Positions 23,311-35,100 of a stretch of DNA of 64,000 nt are shown here, one piece after another. The notes beneath the pieces were generated by a model. That model made no database searches. It worked only from the letters and a program-made list of their open reading frames with translations, and was not told the origin of the DNA. The DNA lies in contig JBPQGU010000016.1 in the NCBI GenBank assembly GCA_051362555.1, positions 3,968,001 through 4,032,000 on the forward strand. The letters are read 5' to 3'. The DNA comes from Lingula anatina. Taxonomy: Eukaryota; Animalia; Brachiopoda. Each line of letters begins with the position of its first letter. Position 1 is the first letter of the stretch. A program made the translations under genes and the position numbers.

Positions 23311-25623
23311 CAGTGGTGGGTGGAAGGGTATCACGTGATTTTCGGGAGCCAATGAAATAAGCAGGAATTTTACACTCCGTTATAGGTAAACAAAATGGCA
23401 CGTTCGACGCACCAGGAGGATTGTTTATTTAGGAGGCATGCACATAAATTTGGTGGGTATTTTAAAAGCATTTTACTATTTACAACGATCAGTACCATCT
23501 CAACTTAACTCATGTGAAGTGATTTTCAAGTGTTTGGTCTGTTTATGTTTTTATGACAATTTAAATTAGGCATAGCTTCATATGTAGTTTGACAATTGTA
23601 AACTGAAGTTTTCACACCACAAGCCTTCTTTCAAGTGAAATATCTCGAAAAGCACTGGGACGATTTTTTTCCAACTTTTCAGTAATGTTGCTCATTTATT
23701 TGTTGACAAAAAGTGCCGATGGCACCCGATGGCACCCCTGGATCTTTGGAGTTATAGACGGTATAATCCTTCATACCCAATTACGACCATTTTTGTAGGA
23801 ATGCGTCTTTATAATGTTAAACTCCCTCATTAAAAAGCATATATCTGAAAAAGTAAACGGTAGATTTTTTCCAAATCTTAATCTGACGTTTTTCGTGTAC
23901 CTTTTTACATAATATGTAGCCTGCAACTGACAGCACCCCTGGGTCTTGGGATATATAGACAATGCAGTGCCATGGCAAATTACGGCCATTTTTGTTTGAG
24001 TGAATTTTGGATCACGCAGACCCCGTCTTTCAAATCAAATATCTGAAAAAGCAATCGGACAATTATTTTCAAAATTGTCAGAAATGTTGCTTAGATATTG
24101 GTTAGCAAAAAGAGCCTATGGCACCCAATGGCACCCCAGGATCTTGAGAATTATAGGCTGTATATAGTGCATGCCAAAGTACTGTTTTGGTTATCCCACG
24201 GCCAGCATTTATAACAACAGCATAATTGCACTTGTATATCACTTACATGCTTGTCTGTATTTTAAAGCATAATGTGCAATCTGATCACTATACAAGCACA
24301 TTCCTACAACTGTTGAAGGGCTAGTCATGGTATTAGTCAGTTACAACTACTTGTCATTCACTGTGTATGATGTACAAGAGCCTATTATATCTCAACTGTA
24401 GCTCCATATAATAGCACTCTTTTATGCCACATACAGTAATTGGCTCAAGTACATATCAAATAAACATTTTTTTTTAAATACTGATGATAGTCTCATATCT
24501 TTTTCAGCATGGACTACAATTTTTATTTTTGAAATGCTGTGCACTATAAAGGTGAGAAGTAATTCATCGGAATGCCATAGTTGTAAACTTGTGACTTATG
24601 TTTCCATTGCTCATCTATTTCGTTAACATTGACAAAAACATGTTCTGTGTTTGTTTTGCCTAAACTTTCATTTTAATCTTACTATCATAAAAATTGAAAT
24701 CATATTTAAGTATAATGGTAACAGGTTACCTAAAAAGTTGAAGCCTTATCCAGTTAAATAATAATAATATCAAATATAAAACATTTACTGCTTTTTAATT
24801 TCAGGGAATGGAAACAGCTTTTAACCTCATAATAGGATACCGCCTATGGATTGTAGCTGAAATTAGAGACTTGAGATAACAGGAATGATGTTTGTTATTT
24901 CCAAAATCTGTGCCTTCATGGAGTGTGACATTGTAATAAACATGATTGCTTTTTAATTACTCAGTCATCAAATGTTAAATTAGTAGTTTGTCACAATATC
25001 AAATATTGTATTATCTGCATAGAGAATTCCCCTCATCTTTTGTAAGTTAAGTTTTGATTAATTAAGTAAAGTGAGTAGTAAGTCTCATGAACTTGGAGAA
25101 AATTAAATACTGCAGATCTTGAAAAAACTTCGTTTATTGTGATTTCTGTCAGGTATGAGGATTTGTAAATGTTGATAATACATTACATTTTCTGTCTCTT
25201 ATTATATGCATTTACCATGATTTCTCACTCTGAGTAATGTTCGCATCTGGCAAACTAACTTGAAATTCAAGGCATATTTTATAGTTTTAAAAAAGTGATA
25301 TTAAAATCTGACCAATACGAATTTAAAGTAATCTGAATTCTATCAGGATTTCAGTCTTGCCTGTGCTATGTATGTATTTGTAGGTTGTCACCCTTTTAAA
25401 TCATTTAAAAAGTATTATTATATTATTTCAATATTTTGTGAATATTTAAATGAGTTATAAAATTTATAAGAAAAATGTAAGAAATAAAATATACTGTTAA
25501 TTATGTTTTTATGAAATATGTGAAATAAAAAGTTTATAATCATATCAAAGTTCTTCCATTTGTTTATGATAATTTTGTCATTTTACATTTTCTTTGCCTT
25601 AAACTTTGGTCAAGCTTACTTTC

Positions 25624-25668
<45 letters not shown>

Positions 25669-26226
25669 TTGTCACATGCCCTTTCTTATAGTTATCTGAA
25701 TTATCAACTTGTCATAATTTACTATTTTAATTTCTAGAGTTAATTATTATTCTTATTCAAACAAGAAATTATCAATTATACACAGAAAAATTAAAGTCAA
25801 TAACAAATCAACACTGCCAGCAAATTTTACTCTGCCCAAGCTACAGTCACTATATATAGGATAGTAGGCCTACACACTGACAGAGATGTGATACCTATGC
25901 CACGGTGACATTTTACAACTCTACTCGTCGGTTTGTTGATCATAAATTGCACATTTTTTCAAGTGTTTCATTATTAGTTTGTAGCATCCATATTTATATT
26001 TATATACATTTATACATAATGAAACAAAGTCGGCGTAACGTTACGCAAATGCCCCAATAAACAATGCATCGCACACAGTTGCGCCAACGCTTTACTGGAC
26101 GAAGACGCAGGAAGACGTCGCCGGGAGCTCACTTTCGATGTTCACTCTTCGACGGCAAAACGTCAAATGACTGACGTGCGTGCGCATCTTTTGACGTATC
26201 ACGTGATACCCTTCCAACCACCACTG
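23311..26226. mobile_element. Non-autonomous TIR DNA transposon, 2916 bp, 29-bp TIR, 9-bp TSD (Mutator- or AcademH-like; unresolved)
   Basis: CAGTGGTGGGTGGAAGGGTATCACGTGAT at 23311 vs ATCACGTGATACCCTTCCAACCACCACTG ending 26226 (28/29 inverted). Perfect TSD AATGCAGGT at 23302-23310 and 26227-26235. No long ORF. Confidence 0.92.
23625..24170. repeat. Three diverged ~200-bp tandem units inside the TIR element
   Basis: ATATCT(C)GAAAA(A)G ... GCACCCC(T/A)GG(A/G)TCTT ... TATAG recurs at ~23640, ~23840 and ~24040. Confidence 0.75.
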
Positions 26227-27029
26227 AATGCAGGTCGTCTTCTTACAGGGTCTAGCTATCCAGTGACCAACCAGGAGCATAGCTTGCACTGCGATGCGCG
26301 ACTTTTTCTTATGCAAATTACAACTGGTACAGTGCATGGCACATTTGAGGAGTTGCTGTGGAAATTGGTCTCAAAGAACGGCGAAATTATGGAAATTATT
26401 TTACTATTGTGACAAGGCTATTACCCGCGTAGACCTATTTGTCACCATACATAATATTTTTCTAGGACAACTAGTTTATATTAAATCAAAAACTAAAAAT
26501 AGCAATGAAGATAGGTATAACAAGTAAATGATGATGCTCATACATTCGGGGAGTAGCTTTGCGTAGGATGAAATATATTGTATTGTACGCCCCCCTGGCT
26601 GTCGATTGTAAGTAATAGACATAAACTGGCCCGCTCGAAGATTCTGCGGGTCCGTGGTCAAAGTTAAATAAAAATAACCATGATTAAGGGAAGTTATTGA
26701 AGTTATCAATTTAAGATTTTAGAGATACTAATAAATTTACCTTTTTTAACACTGGTCGTATTCACAAAAGATCGTAAACATTACAGAGAGAAGGAAAAGT
26801 ACCCAAGAGAAGGGAGGTGGGGGGGGGGGGTGTGAAGGAGCGCAATGTGAAACAAATTAATATTATGTTCTTATTTATCTATTCAATTTCATAAATAATT
26901 TGTAAACTCTTCACTCTTGATTCAAATAAATAAAAAGCAACAATTAAAACTTGTAGTACTTGCCACAGAAGCCAAACTGAAGTAAAACATTTGAAATAGC
27001 ATAAAAAGAGGAAGACAAGTAAAAAAAAT

Positions 27030-28930
27030 TAAATTCTCAAATTTTTAGAAACTAATAATCTTTCTTCGACAGTATCCTTAACATAACCGTCTTTTGTGTT
27101 TTCAGATCGCCATCTACCGTGTTTCTTAAACAGTCTGTCTTTAGTCCCTGCATTAGAATCCAGCATATGAAATCAAACAAACGGAAAGTACTCGGAGATC
27201 CTTCAAAGTGACTTCAGAACTCATAAAATTAGTAACCAATTTAGAAATGTGCTTAGCAGTTACAGGTTCCTTTTTTGTTACTCTATGATCTTTCCGTCTC
27301 TGAGATGCTTCCTTCACTGCAATAACGAATTTTGACTCGCAATTTCGGATTTTTCTTACAGTTGGCTGTACCATGAAACCATTTTAAAGTGTAAAAAGAT
27401 GTCTAAACCGCAGCAGAATAATTACAAGTTTGTGACAAATTTTGAAGATAAAAAGCAACAATCGAGTCTTTCGCTGTAAAGAAAGAGGTCACACCGATCG
27501 TATTACACCGTTCAAGCCATTTTTGGAAGCCGTAAGAATATTTTCTCACTGTGTTGTCTGCTCTTGACTTCAAAATGACATCTGGTAATGAATCTGCTAA
27601 AGCCTTCAAACTTTTATTGCTTGTAACCTTCACGTCTTGGAGGATAGCATTATCAAGAAAACATGAAAAAGGAAAAAAAGAAAATTTTTGAAAACAAAAC
27701 TCTAGCAATCGTTCCCATAATCTCTGTTCATTCTGGACAATAATCATGTCCATGTTAACTGTTATTGATCAATAATTGTGATCCTAATGGCCATTTCTTC
27801 CATTCCTTCCTTCAATGTTGCAGAACTCCATTACAGCATGTTGTATCGATAACCCATTGGTAACTAGAGCGCAGACCTCCGCCAAGGCAGCGATTTTTTA
27901 TTATTATTGATTTTTGATTGATTATTGATCCGGATCACCACCAAAAAATAATCATCTCTTCCTTGGCCCACTTCGTGCAGTTCCTGAAAAATTCATCAAA
28001 ATCGGTCTAAGAAATACATAAACAAAGCCATCTCCATTATATCAATGATCCAGTGATCGTCTGTTTATCTCTCCTTCGAAGAAAGTGAGTTTTAAATTCT
28101 ATAAACAGATGACCAATTATTCATCTACTTTAAATCCCTTTAAATATGAAAAACTTATTCGTATTTAAAACAAATGGTCCCAAACCGGGTTTTCTGGCAT
28201 CTGAATAGACCGTTTTTAACTTACTAGGCAAGCTTTGTACACGTAGACTTTTCTCATTTAAAAAAAAAAAAAAAGAAAACTAAATTGTCTTTCCAAAAAT
28301 TAATTCTTTAATGCAAGACATTCGTCTTTAATATTAATATTAAAATCCCAATGCTTCCTCTAGTTATTTATCTAGATACATTTCCAATCAATGGAGACAT
28401 AATAATAAAACAGAAATAATTTTACCTGTAACCCTGGCCAATTTTATAGCTGTTATATACGGTAAATCTGAAACCAATTCGTGTAAAAGACACAGAGCAT
28501 TACTAGTACATGTAGAAAGCCTTCTTTCGGGAATAAACAATCCCCTTACTTCCATGTCCCAAATAATCCCCAACCATTCCAATTTGTTGACTGGTTCTAA
28601 TTTACTTTTTTCAGCGTTTAAAACAAAATCTGCTTTAAACAGATCCATTTTAATTTTTTAGAATGTAGTTTTAAATGTAATATATTTTTCTAGGGAATTT
28701 TCAGACACAATACCGTCATCTAAATAAACAACAATGGGGATTCCATTTTTCTCCAATACCCAACTAAACGTCTAAGTATTTTAGTAAAAATAAACGGTGC
28801 TGAAGAAAGGCCAAACGAAAGTACCAAAAAAAAAAAAAAAAAAAAAAAAATTCTTTCCGTTGATTTAAAAAAGTTTGAGATGCCGGAGCAATATCTAAAT
28901 GGTGAATAAATAAATAAACACAACACTTAA
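27030..28930 (-). mobile_element. Second degenerate DIRS-type retrotransposon (RT and tyrosine recombinase remnants), internally deleted
   Basis: RT: VLSFGLSSAPFIFTKILRRLVGYWR, IVVYLDDGI, LEWLGIIWD (28388-28930). YR: SRADNTVRKYSYGFQKW, KKEPVT, LRVLSVCLISYAGF (27153-27660) and C-terminus RLFKKHGRWRSENTKDGYVKD (~27075-27140). Confidence 0.9.
27861..28010 (+). mobile_element. Helentron/HINE-like fragment inserted in the DIRS remnant
   Basis: AACTAGAGCGCAGACCTCCGCCAAGGC...GATCCGGATCACCACCAAAA...AAATTCATCAAAATCGGT, motifs I recognise from non-autonomous Helentron-type repeats. Recognition only. Confidence 0.5.
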
Positions 28931-28944
28931 CTGCAGAATTATCT

Positions 28945-29810
28945 CAACAAATATTATCTGTGGTCTTGCTCACATTCCCAAAAGTGAGAGTGTAATATGC
29001 CTTTGGTCCATGCAACCAGATCTCTTGTCCTCCTTGTCTGTTCAGCCTAAAATATAAAATTGCAAGACAGCTATTTAATTCTTAATGCATAACTCTATTA
29101 AAAAGGAAAATGTCCATGATGGAAAAAAACTCATTTATTTTTTCTACCTGAAGATATGGAAAATGGTGCAATAGTTTGTGTTGTTCTCATGCATATCTAC
29201 TCACAGTGATTTTTGCCCCATGCCAAATGTCCCACGAATGTTTTATCCCGATTCATTTTTTTTTTTCTGAAATAAGAAAAATTTAGCTAAATATATAGAG
29301 AGATATAACAAAAAAATAGCAAGAATTGCAACTAAATAATCACATACATGTAGATACATTTCACATACTAAATTTGCTTTCTAATTATTATAGTAAGACC
29401 TAAACAGCACTTTGTACTTAAGTGTGCAACAAGGGCATCTTTGACCACTTCTGTTGCACTGATTCCTTTTTTTTTTTTTCAGGAAATCCATAGCCCTGAC
29501 AAACCCTTCCTTCTCCATTACAGAGCTACTCAGCTTGGTTTCTTTCTTCCTTACAACTTCTGCTTCCAACACATCCCCTGTTTCATAGTCAACAATAATG
29601 CTCGCGCAATATTGTGCACTATGTTCTGGGCTGTCCATTCTGCCATCAACTATGAATAAATGGGATATATCGAAACACGGACATCATAAATATGTGGTGC
29701 GACAATTCCTAAAACAACACTTGGTGGGATTTAGGACACATTCCTATAGACACCACAGGTCTACATTGATCGACCAGACTTGGCATGGATTTTCACTGCT
29801 ATCAGCTGAA
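28945..29810 (-). pseudogene. Decayed, intron-containing Kolobok-like DDE transposase
   Basis: VDGRMDSPEHSAQYC..VDYETGDVL..KKET..SSVMEKEGFVRAMDFL (29470-29650); separate exon-like blocks IKHSWDIWHGAK (~29210-29250) and DLVAWTKGI..HFWEC (~28970-29045), matching the DGRxDSPG..AKY / H..DxWH / W..NHFW pattern I associate with Kolobok transposases. Frameshifted and 3'-truncated. Confidence 0.75.
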
Positions 29811-29860
29811 TAGGTAACCCCCCCCCCTCTAAGAAATAAAATTGTTCATGTTCCTTTTGT

Positions 29861-29862
<2 letters not shown>

Positions 29863-29935
<73 letters not shown>
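29863..29935. repeat. (AT)n microsatellite
   Basis: ~36 AT units with one AC interruption. Confidence 0.98.
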
Positions 29936-30713
29936 ATTTCCAAAGGAATAGAGGGTAATAAGTCATACTCAAATTATATTTTAGGATGCCAACCCATGTT
30001 ATTTTCATCTTATTCCTTCTCAAAGTGTGTCTTGCCGTTAAATGTAAAGCTCTATGTTATTTAATGAAAGACAATATAAGTTCCATCTGTTTAGAGATGT
30101 ATGTCGGTCTGCTTTATAGCAATTAAGTCCCTGCTGTGGTTTAGGCCTACTGGTCACAACCAGAACATCAGAACCACTGCTTCCATCCACCGCTTCTACT
30201 TGTGGACATGGGTACACTTGATATAGAAACAAAACACGCATTTAGTTAAAATTTTAGATTAATCCATTTAATCCATAAAGTTTAAATAACACATTTGCAA
30301 TAAAGTTTTTGATTAAGTTTTTTATCAAAATTAAAATAGATTATTGTAATAATGTTATTAAAGTATGTGCCCTTTTTCAAATGCAAAGAATGCAAAGCAA
30401 CCCTTATATATACATGTACCTGTATATAAATATGTTTGATAAGATCTCTTGGAGATATTTAAGCACATTTAAAAGACACTCACTCAGAAACAGAGTTTTC
30501 AATATCGCTTAATTTGGGATCAGGAATGGACTTAGCAGTGGTCCTCACCCTCGCCTGAACAAAGAAGCTCAAACAAATCAAGAACAAATCAATATCCGAA
30601 TAACGACGGTGATATGGCCCTGCTGGCGCATATTAATTTCGTGATCTGTAAACACAGGGAATCAGCAGTTGTAAACATTCTCTTATAGTATATTTTGAAC
30701 AAGCTGTCTGTAC

Positions 30714-30774
30714 AGGGAGGGGGGGGGGGGCGGGGTCGGCCCGCCCCCTTAAAATATTCCTGGATCCGCCCCTG
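30714..30774 (-). mobile_element. Truncated end of CAGGGGCGGATCCAG MITE family
   Basis: CCTGGATCCGCCCCTG ending 30774 is the reverse complement of the family TIR; partner end not found. Confidence 0.6.
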
Positions 30775-32148
30775 GATCCGCCACATGGTACCTATCTGTA
30801 TCTTAAAAAAAAAAAAAAAATGCTGGTATATGATAGACGGGAAGAGGGAGCGCATGGGAAATGACGGTGTAGGCCGGATCTAAAGCCTTCCACAGTTTCA
30901 GCAGTAACTTGTTGGTCACTTCGTTCATTCCACTCGGTGACTGTTCTGGTAAAGAAAGAGTTTCAAACTGGTGTGTCGCAGTGTGATTCTTGCACTTAAA
31001 GTTTGTTTTAAATCCTAATATTAGCACATAAATGTAATTTATTCTAAAATGTGAGGCCTAATTATAAGGAGCTACGGGCAAATTTCTTCAACAATCAGTT
31101 TCTTTTTCAAACTGATTGTTTGACACATCATGATAACAACGGAAACCACCAAACTTCAATTAAGATAATTAATTGTATTTATGTAGCAAATGGGTTGTTT
31201 TAGTGGTGGTATTAACTTTTTGGTAATACATCAACGTTTTGTTTATAGGAAATTAGTCTGGTTAGTTAGTAGTAGGTAGTAGGATGGTAGTTTGGGTCTT
31301 GTGTCTGCACATTTTTACCTTAAGTAGTTGACCAAGGCAAGGTGATAACAGATGTCCCGGGTTAAGGAATTTCTTAGCTGCTGTGTATCTAGGCACACAC
31401 ATTTGCACCCCCACCTTTAATAATTATATATTTCTTTTTAGTTACCCGCACGAAAATGCAGTAGTATCGAAGTAGCAAAGCGGCGGGAGCATATTTGCAT
31501 AATAGCCTACTGCAATTCTACTCCAAAAAGTACATAGGTTTGTACAGAGAGGAGCATAAATGCATAATTTTTTTAATTCCCATGACAAAACACCCCGGTG
31601 ACTCCCTTCGCCACATAAGTTTTCATGTAATTATTAAACAGAGCAAAAAATCTCCCTATTTCTGTAGAATTATAAATTTTATGAAAGATGTTTTTGGGAC
31701 TAATTCTATTGAGCTGCATTCAGTGAGAAGTCATTCAGCTTTGTAGCTGCGGAGATATTGACGGCCGCACTAAAAAATTCCTGCAAAACTGCATGAACAG
31801 AATATTTTGGTGAAACATTTCCTATTCTCATAGACAGCAGACTCACTGACGTAACTCCCAATGCCACAAAAAGTTACTTTTCATACCGGCAGTACTGTAA
31901 TTGAACATGTGCATTCTCTTGTTTGTAAACAAACCACTGCACTGCTCACAGTTGTAAGCTCCCTCCGCCAGATGTCCGAAACTGTATAGCACTGAGCCAG
32001 GTCTCGCCAAAAATAAGAAGCAATTTAGGCCCAAACCTGCTACTTGACACCAAATTAACCACTAGCAACACACAAAAAAGGCAGGAAAAAAACTGGAAAC
32101 AATCACTAATTTTTCAAGCAGAACTTCATTCGTTATAAAAGTCCGTGA

Positions 32149-35100
32149 TTGGCCAGGTAGGGATGAAAATTTTTTTTCTTCATTATAGTGTCAGGTAGGT
32201 GTGTTCGGTCATTTGTAGTAAGAATAAAGTGCTGGAAGAGTGGTGGTGTCAACATTAAGGAAGAAATAGAGCAAAAACTCTCTCTCCCCCCCCCTCTCAG
32301 ATTCTGTTCTCAGAGCTTATTTTTGGATCATCTTTAAAGCTAGAATTGGGGGCCTTGATGAAGTGACCCGGGCGCGTTTCCACATTTTTTATGAATGACA
32401 GGTGTGGTAGATTGATTTTCCTCACTTTTTGGAAAAATCGGAGACGGGTCGATTTTTGGTGATTTTGAGTGATTTTGAACAGTGCCGGCACTGTGAGATT
32501 TCTTCAATTTTGGCCAGGTAGGGATGAAAATTTTTTTTCTTCATTATAGTGTCAGGTAGGTGTGTTCGGTCATTTGTAGTAAGAATAAAGTGCTGGAAGA
32601 GTGGTGGTGTCAACATTAAGGAAGAAATAGAGCAAAAACTCTCTCTCCCCCCCCCCTCTCAGATTCTGTTCTCAGAGCTTATTTTTGGATCATCTTTAAA
32701 GCTAGAATTGGGGGCCTTGATGAAGTGACCCGGGCGCGTTTCCACATTTTTTATGAATGACAGGTGTGGTAGATTGATTTTCCTCACTTTTTGGAAAAAT
32801 CGGAGACGGGTCGATTTTTGGTGATTTTGAGTGATTTTGAACAGTGCCGGCACTGTGAGATTTCTTCAATTTTGGCCAGGTAGGGATGAAAATTTTTTTT
32901 CTTCATTATAGTGTCAGGTAGGTGTGTTCGGTCATTTGTAGTAAGAATAAAGTGCTGGAAGAGTGGTGGTGTCAACATTAAGGAAGAAATAGAGCAAAAA
33001 CTCTCTCTCCCCCCCCCTCTCAGATTCTGTTCTCAGAGCTTATTTTTGGATCATCTTTAAAGCTAGAATTGGGGGCCTTGATGAAGTGACCCGGGCGCGT
33101 TTCCACATTTTTTATGAATGACAGGTGTGGTAGATTGATTTTCCTCACTTTTTGGAAAAATCGGAGACGGGTCGATTTTTGGTGATTTTGAGTGATTTTG
33201 AACAGTGCCGGCACTGTGAGATTTCTTCAATTTTGGCCAGGTAGGGATGAAAATTTTTTTTCTTCATTATAGTGTCAGGTAGGTGTGTTCGGTCATTTGT
33301 AGTAAGAATAAAGTGCTGGAAGAGTGGTGGTGTCAACATTAAGGAAGAAATAGAGCAAAAACTCTCTCTCCCCCCCCCTCTCAGATTCTGTTCTCAGAGC
33401 TTATTTTTGGATCATCTTTAAAGCTAGAATTGGGGGCCTTGATGAAGTGACCCGGGCGCGTTTCCACATTTTTTATGAATGACAGGTGTGGTAGATTGAT
33501 TTTCCTCACTTTTTGGAAAAATCGGAGACGGGTCGATTTTTGGTGATTTTGAGTGATTTTGAACAGTGCCGGCACTGTGAGATTTCTTCAATTTTGGCCA
33601 GGTAGGGATGAAAATTTTTTTTCTTCATTATAGTGTCAGGTAGGTGTGTTCGGTCATTTGTAGTAAGAATAAAGTGCTGGAAGAGTGGTGGTGTCAACAT
33701 TAAGGAAGAAATAGAGCAAAAACTCTCTCTCCCCCCCCCCTCTCAGATTCTGTTCTCAGAGCTTATTTTTGGATCATCTTTAAAGCTAGAATTGGGGGCC
33801 TTGATGAAGTGACCCGGGCGCGTTTCCACATTTTTTATGAATGACAGGTGTGGTAGATTGATTTTCCTCACTTTTTGGAAAAATCGGAGACGGGTCGATT
33901 TTTGGTGATTTTGAGTGATTTTGAACAGTGCCGGCACTGTGAGATTTCTTCAATTTTGGCCAGGTAGGGATGAAAATTTTTTTTCTTCATTATAGTGTCA
34001 GGTAGGTGTGTTCGGTCATTTGTAGTAAGAATAAAGTGCTGGAAGAGTGGTGGTGTCAACATTAAGGAAGAAATAGAGCAAAAACTCTCTCTCCCCCCCC
34101 CTCTCAGATTCTGTTCTCAGAGCTTATTTTTGGATCATCTTTAAAGCTAGAATTGGGGGCCTTGATGAAGTGACCCGGGCGCGTTTCCACATTTTTTATG
34201 AATGACAGGTGTGGTAGATTGATTTTCCTCACTTTTTGGAAAAATCGGAGACGGGTCGATTTTTGGTGATTTTGAGTGATTTTGAACAGTGCCGGCACTG
34301 TGAGATTTCTTCAATTTTGGCCAGGTAGGGATGAAAATTTTTTTTCTTCATTATAGTGTCAGGTAGGTGTGTTCGGTCATTTGTAGTAAGAATAAAGTGC
34401 TGGAAGAGTGGTGGTGTCAACATTAAGGAAGAAATAGAGCAAAAACTCTCTCTCCCCCCCCCCTCTCAGATTCTGTTCTCAGAGCTTATTTTTGGATCAT
34501 CTTTAAAGCTAGAATTGGGGGCCTTGATGAAGTGACCCGGGCGCGTTTCCACATTTTTTATGAATGACAGGTGTGGTAGATTGATTTTCCTCACTTTTTG
34601 GAAAAATCGGAGACGGGTCGATTTTTGGTGATTTTGAGTGATTTTGAACAGTGCCGGCACTGTGAGATTTCTTCAATTTTGGCCAGGTAGGGATGAAAAT
34701 TTTTTTTCTTCATTATAGTGTCAGGTAGGTGTGTTCGGTCATTTGTAGTAAGAATAAAGTGCTGGAAGAGTGGTGGTGTCAACATTAAGGAAGAAATAGA
34801 GCAAAAACTCTCTCTCCCCCCCCCCCTCTCAGATTCTGTTCTCAGAGCTTATTTTTGGATCATCTTTAAAGCTAGAATTGGGGGCCTTGATGAAGTGACC
34901 CGGGCGCGTTTCCACATTTTTTATGAATGACAGGTGTGGTAGATTGATTTTCCTCACTTTTTGGAAAAATCGGAGACGGGTCGATTTTTGGTGATTTTGA
35001 GTGATTTTGAACAGTGCCGGCACTGTAAGATTTCTTCAATTTTGGCCAGGTAGGGATGAAAATTTTTTTTCTTCATTATAGTGTCAGGTAGGTGTGTTCG

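Noticed and set aside
29761-30023. YI-repeat ORFs
   Set aside because: Translation of the (AT)n microsatellite.
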